IMG/VR virus record: IMGVR_UViG_3300046170_000347
Coordinates: 5,400 to 69,399 of that record
Reading direction: 5' to 3' (one strand)
Length of the DNA: 64,000 nt
DNA from: a virus
Within the stretch, counting starts at the first letter, position 1. The number at the start of each line of letters is the position of its first letter. The position numbers and the translations under genes are program-made. Of the stretch, positions 15,822 through 25,500 are shown one piece after another. The notes beneath the pieces are model-generated. The model saw only the letters and a program-made list of their open reading frames with translations, made no database searches and had not been told where the DNA came from.

Positions 15822-16260
15822 ACGTAGACGTAAACGCGGACCAGTACAGTCAAAGAAAGTATCGTACGACGGTATTAACTTTGCTTCTGGTCTTGAGCGT
15901 TATATGTATATGGCATTAAAAAATGCAAAGATCAAGTCTAAGTACGAAGGTGAAACCTTTGTGTTATTAGCTGGCTTTCATTTTGATAATGAAGTATACG
16001 AAAGATGTGCTAACGGCAAAGGTGATTACAAAAACAGAGGCTGCAAACGTATACTACCTATTAAATACACACCTGATTTTATTGGTGATGACTTTATAAT
16101 TGAAACAAAAGGTAGAGCTAATGAATCATTTCCAATGCGTTGGAAGTTATTCAAAAGACTAGTTATGACGCAGTTTCCTAATGTAACACTGTATAAACCA
16201 CAAAATCAAAAAGAATGCGACGAGACAGTAAAGCTAATTCTTTCGAGGCGAAGAGGATAG
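15802..16260 (+). CDS. T7 endonuclease I-like Holliday junction resolvase
   Basis: FASGLE, YTPDF, IIETKG. Confidence 0.85.
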   Translation: MMKRPYKRRRKRGPVQSKKVSYDGINFASGLERYMYMALKNAKIKSKYEGETFVLLAGFHFDNEVYERCANGKGDYKNRGCKRILPIKYTPDFIGDDFIIETKGRANESFPMRWKLFKRLVMTQFPNVTLYKPQNQKECDETVKLILSRRRG

Positions 16261-16514
16261 CAAGACAAAAGTATGCTGAGCGTCAAATAGATAAATGGTG
16301 GCGATGGAGCTGGGAAGCGCGAGGCAAAATAAAATATAAAGAACTAATAGAAATACAAAACAAATATGGCATCAAAGCAGAATAAAGGCTGGAGTTTATC
16401 AGTCGGTACATATCCAGGCGTATTGTTTGGAATAAGATCATACGATGAAGATAATCAGGTAACGCATGTAGCTTACCTACCTTTTATAGACATAGCATTA
16501 GAAATATATAAGTA

Positions 16515-17483
16515 ATGGGGTTATTTAAAGAACGTATAGCTTATAAACCTTTTGAGTACCCAGAGTATTACACAGAAGGTTGGTTAAAACAAGCTCAAGC
16601 ATTTTGGTTGCATACTGAAATACCAATGAGCGGTGATGTTAAAGATTGGAACGAAAAATTAAATGACAAAGAAAAGAACTTGGTCGGAAACATATTACTC
16701 GGTTTCGCCCAGACAGAATGTGCAGTCTCGGACTATTGGACGCAGAAAGTTGTCGGATGGTTTCCGAAGCACGAGATACAGCAAATGGCTATGATGTTTG
16801 GTTCGCAAGAAACAATACACGCAGTAGCTTATAGCTATTTAAACGAAACATTAGGACTAGAAGATTATGAAGCATTTTTACATGAGCCGGCAACGGCTGA
16901 AAGGTTTGACAACTTGGTTGCGTACGACGGATCCAATGCTGTGGGTATTGGCAAGTCTCTTGCTGTGTTTAGTGCTTTTGCGGAAGGCGTTAGCCTCTAT
17001 TCTGCTTTTGCTGTACTTTATTCTTTTCAGTTAAGAAATTTACTGAAAGGTATTGGTCAGCAAATGAAGTGGTCAGTAAGAGATGAAAGCCTGCACAGTA
17101 AAATGGGTTGCAAGCTTTTCCGCGATATGTGTAGCGAAAACAATCAATTATTGAATTTATGTCAAGAAGATATAGTAAAAGCTGCAGAAACCATGGTAGA
17201 CCTAGAAACTAAGTATATTAACAAAATGTTTGAGATGGGTGATATCGAAGGTATATCAGCTAATGATCTTACGCATTTTATAAAAAAGAGAGCAAATGAA
17301 AAACTTGTGGAGCTTGGCTACAAAGACTTTGCAGAACATTTCACGTATGACAAAGCGGCAGCAGCTAATCTTGATTGGTTCTATCATCTTACCGGCGGGG
17401 TCACTCATACTGATTTTTTCGCTATACGGCCGACAGACTATAGCAAGGCTAATGAAGGAGAGGACTTTGAAGACATTTGGTAA
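16515..17483 (+). CDS. nrdB: Ribonucleotide reductase class I beta subunit
   Basis: QETIHAVAY, EGVSLYSAF, RDESLH, TDFF. Confidence 0.95.
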   Translation: MGLFKERIAYKPFEYPEYYTEGWLKQAQAFWLHTEIPMSGDVKDWNEKLNDKEKNLVGNILLGFAQTECAVSDYWTQKVVGWFPKHEIQQMAMMFGSQETIHAVAYSYLNETLGLEDYEAFLHEPATAERFDNLVAYDGSNAVGIGKSLAVFSAFAEGVSLYSAFAVLYSFQLRNLLKGIGQQMKWSVRDESLHSKMGCKLFRDMCSENNQLLNLCQEDIVKAAETMVDLETKYINKMFEMGDIEGISANDLTHFIKKRANEKLVELGYKDFAEHFTYDKAAAANLDWFYHLTGGVTHTDFFAIRPTDYSKANEGEDFEDIW

Positions 17484-17530
17484 TGGCTTTGACGTTATAC
17501 TTACACGTAAAGAAATAGAAAAAGACTTAT

Positions 17531-17764
17531 ATGAAGGGAAGTAAACAAAGCAGAACAGATCTGCTAGAAAAAAAAGTACAAGCAACGATTAACATAATTA
17601 AGCAATTATTAGATGAAAATGCTTATTTAAAAGATTTATCTGTTGGTACACTAGAAACAATAAAGCTCATGCCTGGTTACGACAAAGCTATTGAAGAACT
17701 TAAAACTAAATTAAAAGATGGACAGGAAAAGAAGGTGGAAGTACCGGCTGCTAAAGACGCTTAG
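17531..17764 (+). CDS. Coiled-coil hypothetical protein
   Basis: ORF between RNR subunits. Confidence 0.6.
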   Translation: MKGSKQSRTDLLEKKVQATINIIKQLLDENAYLKDLSVGTLETIKLMPGYDKAIEELKTKLKDGQEKKVEVPAAKDA

Positions 17765-17987
17765 ATATACTAACAAGCTTACGTCATATCAAAAAGTAGC
17801 ATCACGTATAGGTTATATGGGTGCTGGCTTTGTTATAGCTGGGCAATGGACTATTGAACCTATATTTTTTATTATAGGTTTTATATGCGTGATAGTACAA
17901 ACGTCATCACGTAAACAATGGAACTTAGTTGCTTTAAACGTTAACGGTTTAATAGCGTGGATCATACACTTAATAAACGGAATATAA
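17718..17987 (+). CDS. Small multi-pass membrane protein
   Basis: Three hydrophobic segments. Confidence 0.6.
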   Translation: MDRKRRWKYRLLKTLRYTNKLTSYQKVASRIGYMGAGFVIAGQWTIEPIFFIIGFICVIVQTSSRKQWNLVALNVNGLIAWIIHLINGI

Positions 17988-19711
17988 ATGTGGAACAATG
18001 AATGGAAAAAAGGAGAAGATTACCCTAAGTGGGGTGATACAGACGTATACAAGAAAACTATATCAGGCGGTTACTTACTTGAAGATGAAACGCCTCGTGA
18101 TGCGTACATGCGAGTTGCTAAAACAGGTTGCGCGTAGACTTTACAAACCTGAGATGGCCGGAGCGTTCTTTGATTATATTTGGAATGGTTGGTTGTGTCT
18201 GGCTAGTCCTGTGTTATCAAATACAGGGACTGATCGCGGTTTACCTATATCTTGCTTTGGCATTGATGTTGCAGACTCGATACAGGACATAGGGCATAAA
18301 AATTTAGAGATGATGCTACTCGCTAAGCACGGCGGTGGAGTTGGCATTGGTATTAATATGATTAGACCCGCCGGCGCTAAAATTACAGGCAATGGAACAA
18401 GTGATGGCGTTGTGCCGTTTTGTAAAATATACGATTCAACAATACTTGCCACTAATCAAGGATCTGTCCGACGAGGAGCTGCATCAGTTAATATCAACAT
18501 TGATCACCCCGATTTCGATGAGTGGCTCGAAATACGTGAACCCAAAGGAGACGTCAATCGTCAATCGCTTAACCTGCATCAGTGCGCTGTTGTCGGTGAT
18601 AAGTTTATGCGACGAATTGAGCAAGGAGATAGAGAAGCTAGAAAACGTTGGGGTAAATTACTTCAAAAGCGAAAAGCTACTGGAGAACCTTATATCTTAT
18701 TTAAGGGAAATACAAATAAGAATAACCCCAGATCATATAAAGACAACGGACTGAAAGTCCATATGACTAACATATGCTCTGAAATTACATTACATACAGA
18801 TGAGAACCACAGCTTTGTTTGTTGTTTGTCATCATTAAATTTAGCTAAATATGAAGAGTGGAAAGGTACAAACCTTATTTATGATGCGATATGGTTCTTG
18901 GATGGAGTCATGGAAGAGTTTATCCAAAGAGCTAAAGGCTTACGAGGTTTCGAGAACGCGGTTAGATCGGCTACAAAAGGCAGAGCCTTGGGGTTGGGAG
19001 TACTTGGTTGGCACACGTACTTGCAAGAAAAAAGTATACCGTTCGAGGGCTTACTTGCGCAGTTTGAAACTAGGAAGATTTTTAGTCAGATTAAAATTGA
19101 ATCTGAAAGAGCTAGTATGGCACTTGCAGAAACTTATGGCGAACCTTTGTGGTGTGCTGGAACTGGTATGCGCAATACTCATCTACGTGCTATTGCACCT
19201 ACTGTTAGCAACAGCAAACTTAGTGGCAATGTGTCGCCAGGCATTGAGCCGTGGGCTGCAAATGTTTTTACCGAGCAAAGCGCGAAAGGCACGTTCATAA
19301 GAAAAAATCCTACATTATTAAAACTATTACGAAAACTTAAAATAAATACAAATGAAACTTGGAGCAAGATTATGGCAGATGGTGGTAGTATTCAAGGTTT
19401 ATCTGAGCTTGACGGGGTTGTGGTTGGATCTCATGACGTACCGGCTAAAGACGTTTTTAAAACGTTTAAAGAGATAAATCAATTAGAACTAGTAAATCAA
19501 GCCTGGTATACGACAGCAGTATATAGATCAGTCTGTTAGTTTAAACCTAGCATTTCCTAGTATAGCTACGCCAAAGTGGATTAATCAGGTGCATATGTCA
19601 GCATGGAAGAAAGGTATTAAAACCTTGTACTATACTAGAACTGAATCAGTACTACGCGGTGATATAGCACAACAAGCTATGAGTGAAGATTGTATTGCCT
19701 GTGACGGATAA
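17988..19711 (+). CDS. nrdA: Ribonucleotide reductase class I alpha subunit (apparent frameshifts ~18126 and ~19503)
   Basis: PISCF, GGGVG, RRGA, TNICSEI, CCLSS, IAPTVS, KTLYY, C-terminal CIACDG. Confidence 0.95.
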
Positions 19712-19718
19712 AAACAAT

Positions 19719-19792
19719 GAAGGGGACCTCGTTTGAGATCCCCTTCGGTTACAGGAACTTTTGGGTATGGTACGCCCAGTTATATTTGTTCC
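19719..19792. terminator. Hairpin pair at convergence of the two genome arms
   Basis: GAAGGGGA...TCCCCTTC followed by GGAAC/TGGGT...GCCCA/GTTCC. Confidence 0.7.
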
Positions 19793-20059
19793 TTATAATT
19801 TATCTGATTTATCTTCTTCATTTTTATTCAATCTTTCTACATAAAAACCTTTATCGTCTTTTCTAATAGAACTATAATCTTGAACTGAAAGCTGTGGATA
19901 ATCTTTAGGTTTACCACCCAACTGTTTAAACTTAGATTCAAAATCATCTTCACTAGGTAAATCACCTACTTTATAATCTCCTTCAAATCTTATTCTTTTA
20001 GGATGCCCTTTAAGTAAAGGACTTTTTGCCATAAATGGACTTGCAAATCTACTACTCAT
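19793..20059 (-). CDS. Small late protein with S-P motif
   Basis: MSSRFASPFMAKSPLLK. Confidence 0.7.
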   Translation of the reverse strand: MSSRFASPFMAKSPLLKGHPKRIRFEGDYKVGDLPSEDDFESKFKQLGGKPKDYPQLSVQDYSSIRKDDKGFYVERLNKNEEDKSDKL

Positions 20060-20064
20060 AATAT

Positions 20065-20206
20065 TTATTTTTTACAAGTGCACTGCGCTATTGGGCACTC
20101 TTCAACATTAACAATTAACTTTGAAACTAAACAGTTCCATTTACACATTAATTTTTTCCACCATAACTGTAGGGCTAAGCCCCATTTTACTAATAATTTT
20201 CCCATT
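20065..20206 (-). CDS. Small Cys-rich protein (MGKLLVKWG...)
   Basis: Internal ATG of ORF 20065..20262 follows upstream stop. Confidence 0.55.
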
Positions 20207-20209
20207 GTT

Positions 20210-20485
20210 TTATATTTTTTTATAAGTTTTAGGTTGGTTAGGAATAGTTTGTAATACTCCATCTTCTGCCTCTACGAATACTTTGTATTCATTACTAAAA
20301 AATTTACCATCAATTCCCCCAAAGTTGTCATAAGCTTGTTTTTTTAATTTTTTTCTATCTTCTTCGCTAACTTTATTTGCATTTTTAGTATATTCTTTTT
20401 GAGTTAGTTCTACAGCGTCTATTACTTTTTTTGGGTCTATAGGACTTTTCATCATAAAAGGTCCTGAGAATTTTGATATCTCCAT
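20210..20485 (-). CDS. Small late protein with S-P motif
   Basis: MEISKFSGPFMMKSPID. Confidence 0.65.
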   Translation of the reverse strand: MEISKFSGPFMMKSPIDPKKVIDAVELTQKEYTKNANKVSEEDRKKLKKQAYDNFGGIDGKFFSNEYKVFVEAEDGVLQTIPNQPKTYKKI

Positions 20486-20486
20486 T

Positions 20487-20765
20487 TTATTTTTCTTTAT
20501 GTTTGTTACAAAAGTTTCTAGCAGCTTCTTTACTTCCAAATCCCCATTTCTTTAATGCCATTTTTAATTTAGTTGGTTCACCTTTAGCATCTTTTAAAGC
20601 GCCAGCCATGCCGCCAAACCTGCAAGCAAACGAAACTCTACGTTTACCTGTACCAGACGTTTGTCTATCACCTAGTGTTTTACCAGTTTCAGACTTGTGC
20701 TTTGATCGCATTTTTCTATTCTGCTTTTCATAAGCAGCTTCTTTTATTTTAAGTGGTGAGTTCAT
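20487..20765 (-). CDS. Small basic late protein
   Basis: MNSPLK; RRVSFACRFGGM...ALKKWG motif familiar from marine phages. Confidence 0.75.
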   Translation of the reverse strand: MNSPLKIKEAAYEKQNRKMRSKHKSETGKTLGDRQTSGTGKRRVSFACRFGGMAGALKDAKGEPTKLKMALKKWGFGSKEAARNFCNKHKEK

Positions 20766-20766
20766 A

Positions 20767-21121
20767 TTAATATGTCCAAATTACGTTTTGTGATTTATTT
20801 TTATCTACGTCTACATGTATAAACGTGCTAGCAACTCCCTATACGATTAAATCCAACTTCTAATAAAGCTGTAAGCATTTCAAATCTATCTTTAGATCTT
20901 ATGCATGCTACATCAATTGCTAGTCCTTTTAGATGAGATGATGAAGATACACCACCTACTTTTTCATTATGACTCTTTGTTCTAAAGCCACTAGTTACTA
21001 CAATAGGTTTACCATATATTTCTCTAGCTTTATCTATCATTACAAGAAGATCTTGATCCATTTGTTTACCACTACCTAATTCATCAGGCGAATCAAACTC
21101 GTCATAGCTAAAGTATTTCAC
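20767..21121 (-). CDS. Peptidase M15 endolysin (frameshift ~20835)
   Basis: SGFRT..HN..VGG, SSHLKGLAID, FIHVD after frame correction. Confidence 0.88.
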
Positions 21122-21280
21122 TTTTTGTTTTCTTTTTTAATGTTAACCCATTTTGATATAGTATATCCAATAGTTATTAGCAACAACAAAACTTTCAAAC
21201 CATCTTCTATTTGTGTAAAGGTAGGTAACACCTAGCGCACCCGCGTTCATAGCGTATAGCTTCATATCTGATAAAGTCAT
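21118..21280 (-). CDS. Small membrane protein, holin candidate (frameshift ~21222)
   Basis: Hydrophobic LKVLLLLITIGYTI with basic tail, coupled to endolysin. Confidence 0.5.
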
Positions 21281-21281
21281 T

Positions 21282-21806
21282 TTATTCTCCACATTTTTTA
21301 GATGGATCACCAACTTGTCTCCAGTCTTGTTCTAGCCAAGTTTTTAAACTTCCACCACTACTAGTTCCACTAACGTTACTCTTGCTAGATCTTTTATACT
21401 TACCTTTAGCAGCAGCCGCTTTTTTAGCGTTAATAACTTTTTGTCTTTCTTCTTGGCTCATGCTAGCTATCTTAGCTTTAGGCAAACACACTTTAGTGGT
21501 GCCACCTCCTTTAGTTTTTTTAGTAGCAGGAGAACCTTTTTTCATTTCTTCTATGTGTCCTTCTACTATTTTAGCTTGACCTAAGTGCATTTTAGAAGCT
21601 TTTCGTAACTGACCAGCTACGTCTTTTAATGTTTCTTTTTTAGCCAAAGGAGTTGATCTAAGTTTTTCAGCTTGAGATATACTAGATTTATTGCTTGCGC
21701 CTCTACCCGATATAGCTGCTGTTCTATTTCTCATTTTATTCCACGGCTTTGAGTGCATTATAGTTGCAGCACAATGCTGGAAAGGAGTTCCTTGTTCGTA
21801 TGCCAT
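21282..21806 (-). CDS. Basic late protein
   Basis: VCLPKAK, GSLKTWLEQDW; TPF/TPL/SPA motifs. Confidence 0.7.
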   Translation of the reverse strand: MAYEQGTPFQHCAATIMHSKPWNKMRNRTAAISGRGASNKSSISQAEKLRSTPLAKKETLKDVAGQLRKASKMHLGQAKIVEGHIEEMKKGSPATKKTKGGGTTKVCLPKAKIASMSQEERQKVINAKKAAAAKGKYKRSSKSNVSGTSSGGSLKTWLEQDWRQVGDPSKKCGE

Positions 21807-22048
21807 TATTTCTTATCTAATTTACGCATAGCTTTATTTCTAGCACACTTCATTTTTTTAGCGTAGCTAGGATTTTTCTTGCGGTTAAACACTATTTGCT
21901 GGTTTAAACTACCAACAATTTTTTTCTTATTACCTTTGCGGCTTTTAATCATCCAATCAGCTAAAGCTTCACAACTAAGATCTCTAAATTTACCTTTAGC
22001 ATCTGGTGCATCAGAGTCTTTCCACTCAGGTCTTTTTTCTTTTGCCAT
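21806..22048 (-). CDS. Small basic protein
   Basis: Coupled ORF. Confidence 0.65.
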   Translation of the reverse strand: MAKEKRPEWKDSDAPDAKGKFRDLSCEALADWMIKSRKGNKKKIVGSLNQQIVFNRKKNPSYAKKMKCARNKAMRKLDKK

Positions 22049-22205
22049 TACAGTCTTGCATATTTATAAACCAGTTAGCTAATTGTTTGTCACGGCCAGT
22101 AGCTTCTTTTCTAGCTTTTAATTTTTTAACTTTAGCACACGTTACATCGCCTCCATATAGTTTATTTATACGAGCTTTTAAAACACCACGATATGCTTTA
22201 GCCAT
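22026..22205 (-). CDS. Small basic protein (MAKAYRGVLK...)
   Basis: Read by hand; fills gap. Confidence 0.55.
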   Translation of the reverse strand: MAKAYRGVLKARINKLYGGDVTCAKVKKLKARKEATGRDKQLANWFINMQDCNGKRKKT

Positions 22206-22574
22206 TTAACATTTTCCTTTTTTCTGTTGCTTTGAAGCCCAGATGTTAGCGTATGCGCTAGGATATACCTTAAATTTCTTTTTTGCCGCTGCTTTGCAAG
22301 AAGCAGATAGCTTTTTAAATATAGGACCTTCACCACCTTCAGCACTTTGTACTCGATTAGATCCAAAAGTTCTTCTAAGAACTTGGCCTAATTTAGTTCC
22401 TTCTGTTTGTCTAGCTGCTTTATTATGTTTTCCTGTTTCATTTATTTTAATATCTGCAACTTGCCCAGCTGTTTTAGCATATTTATCTAGCTTTCTTTGA
22501 CTTCTTGTTTCAAAATATTGTTCTTTTGTTTTATTTAGTTTTTTTTCTTTTCTTTCAAGCTTACCTTTTCCCAT
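22206..22574 (-). CDS. Basic late protein
   Basis: KKKFKVYPSAYAN motif. Confidence 0.7.
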   Translation of the reverse strand: MGKGKLERKEKKLNKTKEQYFETRSQRKLDKYAKTAGQVADIKINETGKHNKAARQTEGTKLGQVLRRTFGSNRVQSAEGGEGPIFKKLSASCKAAAKKKFKVYPSAYANIWASKQQKKGKC

Positions 22575-22576
22575 AA

Positions 22577-25500
22577 TTAATTATTCATTAGTTCTAAAAT
22601 TTTTTCAACTCTATTTTTTTCATATCTAAGATCTCTTATTTCTTTTTTAGTAAGTCCAAACTTAGTTAACGTTTTTACTTGATCTGGTTTGTTTTCTGCC
22701 TTAATAGAATCAAACTGTCTTCTTAGTTTTTGTTCAGCGGTCTCTGTTGCGGCTTTAGGTTTAAGTGGAGGTTTAGGTTGAGGTGTAGGTTTTGTTTCAG
22801 TTGTGGGTTTTGTTTTTGTTTCCTCAGACTCTTCTGTTGGGCGCATTGGTATCCCGCTTTGTAGTTCAATTATTTTTTTAACTCTAGCATCTTCTTTACC
22901 TAACGCTTTAATTTGTTTCTTAGTAAGACCTAAATCTAAAAGCATATCTATTTGCTCTTGAGTTTTAGTATCTTTCTTCATTGTATCAAATTTCTTTTGC
23001 TCTATCTCTGCGGGCGTTGGATCTGCTACAGCATCCCAACCTCCATAATAAGGAAGACCAATATCATATGTTCCATAACCTGCTGCTAAAGATATTTTTT
23101 GCCACTCAGCTGTTTGCTCGCTTAGTATACCTCTTATGTTATTAGTTTTCTTAACAACACGATCTAAAGGTATATTAGTAAAAGCTGTAAATATCTGAGC
23201 ACCTGCTAAGTAAGCTGGGTTGTCTAGGCTAAAACCTTTTTCTTTCATTTCCTTAGCGTTCCAGCTAAAACTTTTTAAACCACCTACAATTTTTCTATAC
23301 TTAGAACTAATAGCCGGTGAAAAGCTTAGCGCTTCAATTGCGGCTTTTTCATACTCAGGTCTTTTCTTACCAGACTCTTCAATTATTTTTAGTACTGTAT
23401 TTTTAGCAGCAACCATAGCGTTACCTGCAATACCTAAACCTTTTAACTGAGAGTCAATCATGCCGTTAGCAACTCTAGTTATTTTCTTTTCGTTTCTAGC
23501 TTTTATCTTAGGATCTTTTTCGTCTTCATCGCTGCCAAAACCAATAGCAAATAAGGCTTGCTGTAGTGAATTAAATATTAAATTTTGTATAGCACCATAA
23601 TAAGCTATTTTAGATACATTTGTTTTCCAATCACCTCTGCCGTTTATAAGATCTTGAGCGGCTCTTTTTTGTATTCTAACATACTGCATCGGCGTGTTAG
23701 CCCAGTTAAGTATAACACGACCAGCACCAGACGCTTGCTGCATACTAATCTTAGAAGCGTCACTAGACTGTTGGCTTTCTTCTGCAACATCTTTAAAGTC
23801 TGCAAAAGCTTGTTGTTCAGCAAGTTCTGTGCTCATGCCTTCTTTGACATACTTTTTAATTCTGTTTCTATAAAAAGTAGAACCACCAGAAGCTATGGCA
23901 AAACTATCCGCGTATCTAGTAAGAACAAAACCTTTACTAAGTAAATAAGATATAGCTGCGTTTACTTTATTCTTAGAATCTTTTACAGCATCTGCTATTT
24001 CAGATTCACTTACATTTATTTTAAGTCCATTACGACGTTGCACTAAGTAATCAGAATTCATTAGTTTCATAAAGTCTCCCCAAAACTGTTTCTGATTTGC
24101 AAACGCTTTGCCTGCGGCTATAGGATTATTATCACCCCAATTTAAAAAGTTTACAGCAGATATAGTTTGAAGCAGTGCAGATCTAGTATTTAAAAACATT
24201 ACAGCACCAACAGAGTTGTTAGTCCAGTCTAATACCTTATTGGTTATTTCACTACCACCAATTGGTCTGTTACTGCCAGACTTCATTCTGCGAAGAGTAT
24301 CTTCTAAAGCTTTACGCCAGCGAGTACCATATGCAGCCTCCATTTTATTTAAGTTTTCAGGTGAAAATATAATATCTACATTTTCTCTAAAAGTCTTTTG
24401 ATATTCTGCTCTGTTTACCTTGTTTATACCACCTATAATATCTGTAGTTAAATTACCAGCTAGCCAGTCTTTACCAGGCTCTGGATACATTTTACCTTTT
24501 TGACTTACTATAAGTTGATCGGCAAACGTTTGAAGCTCAGCGCTATCAGTAACAAACTTATTTAATTTCGCTGCGTCTGCTTTTGATAGACCAGGTATTG
24601 ACATACCTTGTTTGGTCCACATATAAGTTCTAAGAGCATGCTGATATGTAAACTTACCTACACCAGTTTCTTTTTTAAGTGTAGTGGGTATAGTCTTATA
24701 CATAGACTTTAGCGCCATGAAATCATTGGCAGCAGATATCTTAGCTTGTATAGCTGAGTCTTCTGCTCTATTGTAAGGATCAATAAGATTGTTTTTAAGG
24801 AATTCAAAATGCGCCTCACCTTGCTTGCCTTTTCCTATCATTTTATACAATAAACCCTTAAAGTCTTCAGCTGATGAGGCCATTGTAAGCCAATCAAACC
24901 TACCTTTGTTTTGACCTAATGTTTTAGCTTTAGCAGCAGAGAAAGTTTTATAAGCTTCAATACCACTACTAGCTTCTATCATTTCGTTAGTTATAGTATT
25001 AAAAGTTTTAGCATTACTAAATTTAGCTTGTTGCACCTTGCCTTTAACATCAGCTTGATCTAATATTTCTTTGACAGCTTCTACATTTTTAAGCGCATCA
25101 TCAGCAAAATAAAAATCATTATAACCTTCAGATACTTTATCCATGATCCAGCGGCCTTTGGCACTAGCCTTGCCATCTGCTAAGCCAGTTATATTTTTTA
25201 AAGGTATATCAATACCTAGAGCTTTCATAAACTCTTTTATAGGCCCAGCAGCATCCTGAGGTCTAGCTGTTAATATAAATAAATCTTCTGTGCCTCTTTT
25301 TTCTGCTATTCTTTTCATCACATCAAACAAAGGTCCTTTTTTTCCATCAACTACTTTGCTAAAATCACTAAAATCAAACTTAGCACCTTCTTGTTCTAGC
25401 TGAGCTGATTTTTCTGCAAATTCTGCGGCATCTATTTTAAAAGTTTTGCCACTTGGAAAATCTTTTAAAACTCTTGCTTGCTGCTCTTCGTTTAAATTTT

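Noticed and set aside
17484-17987. Intron or homing endonuclease between RNR subunits
   Set aside because: nrdB and nrdA are each complete; intervening ORFs have no HNH, GIY-YIG or LAGLIDADG motifs.
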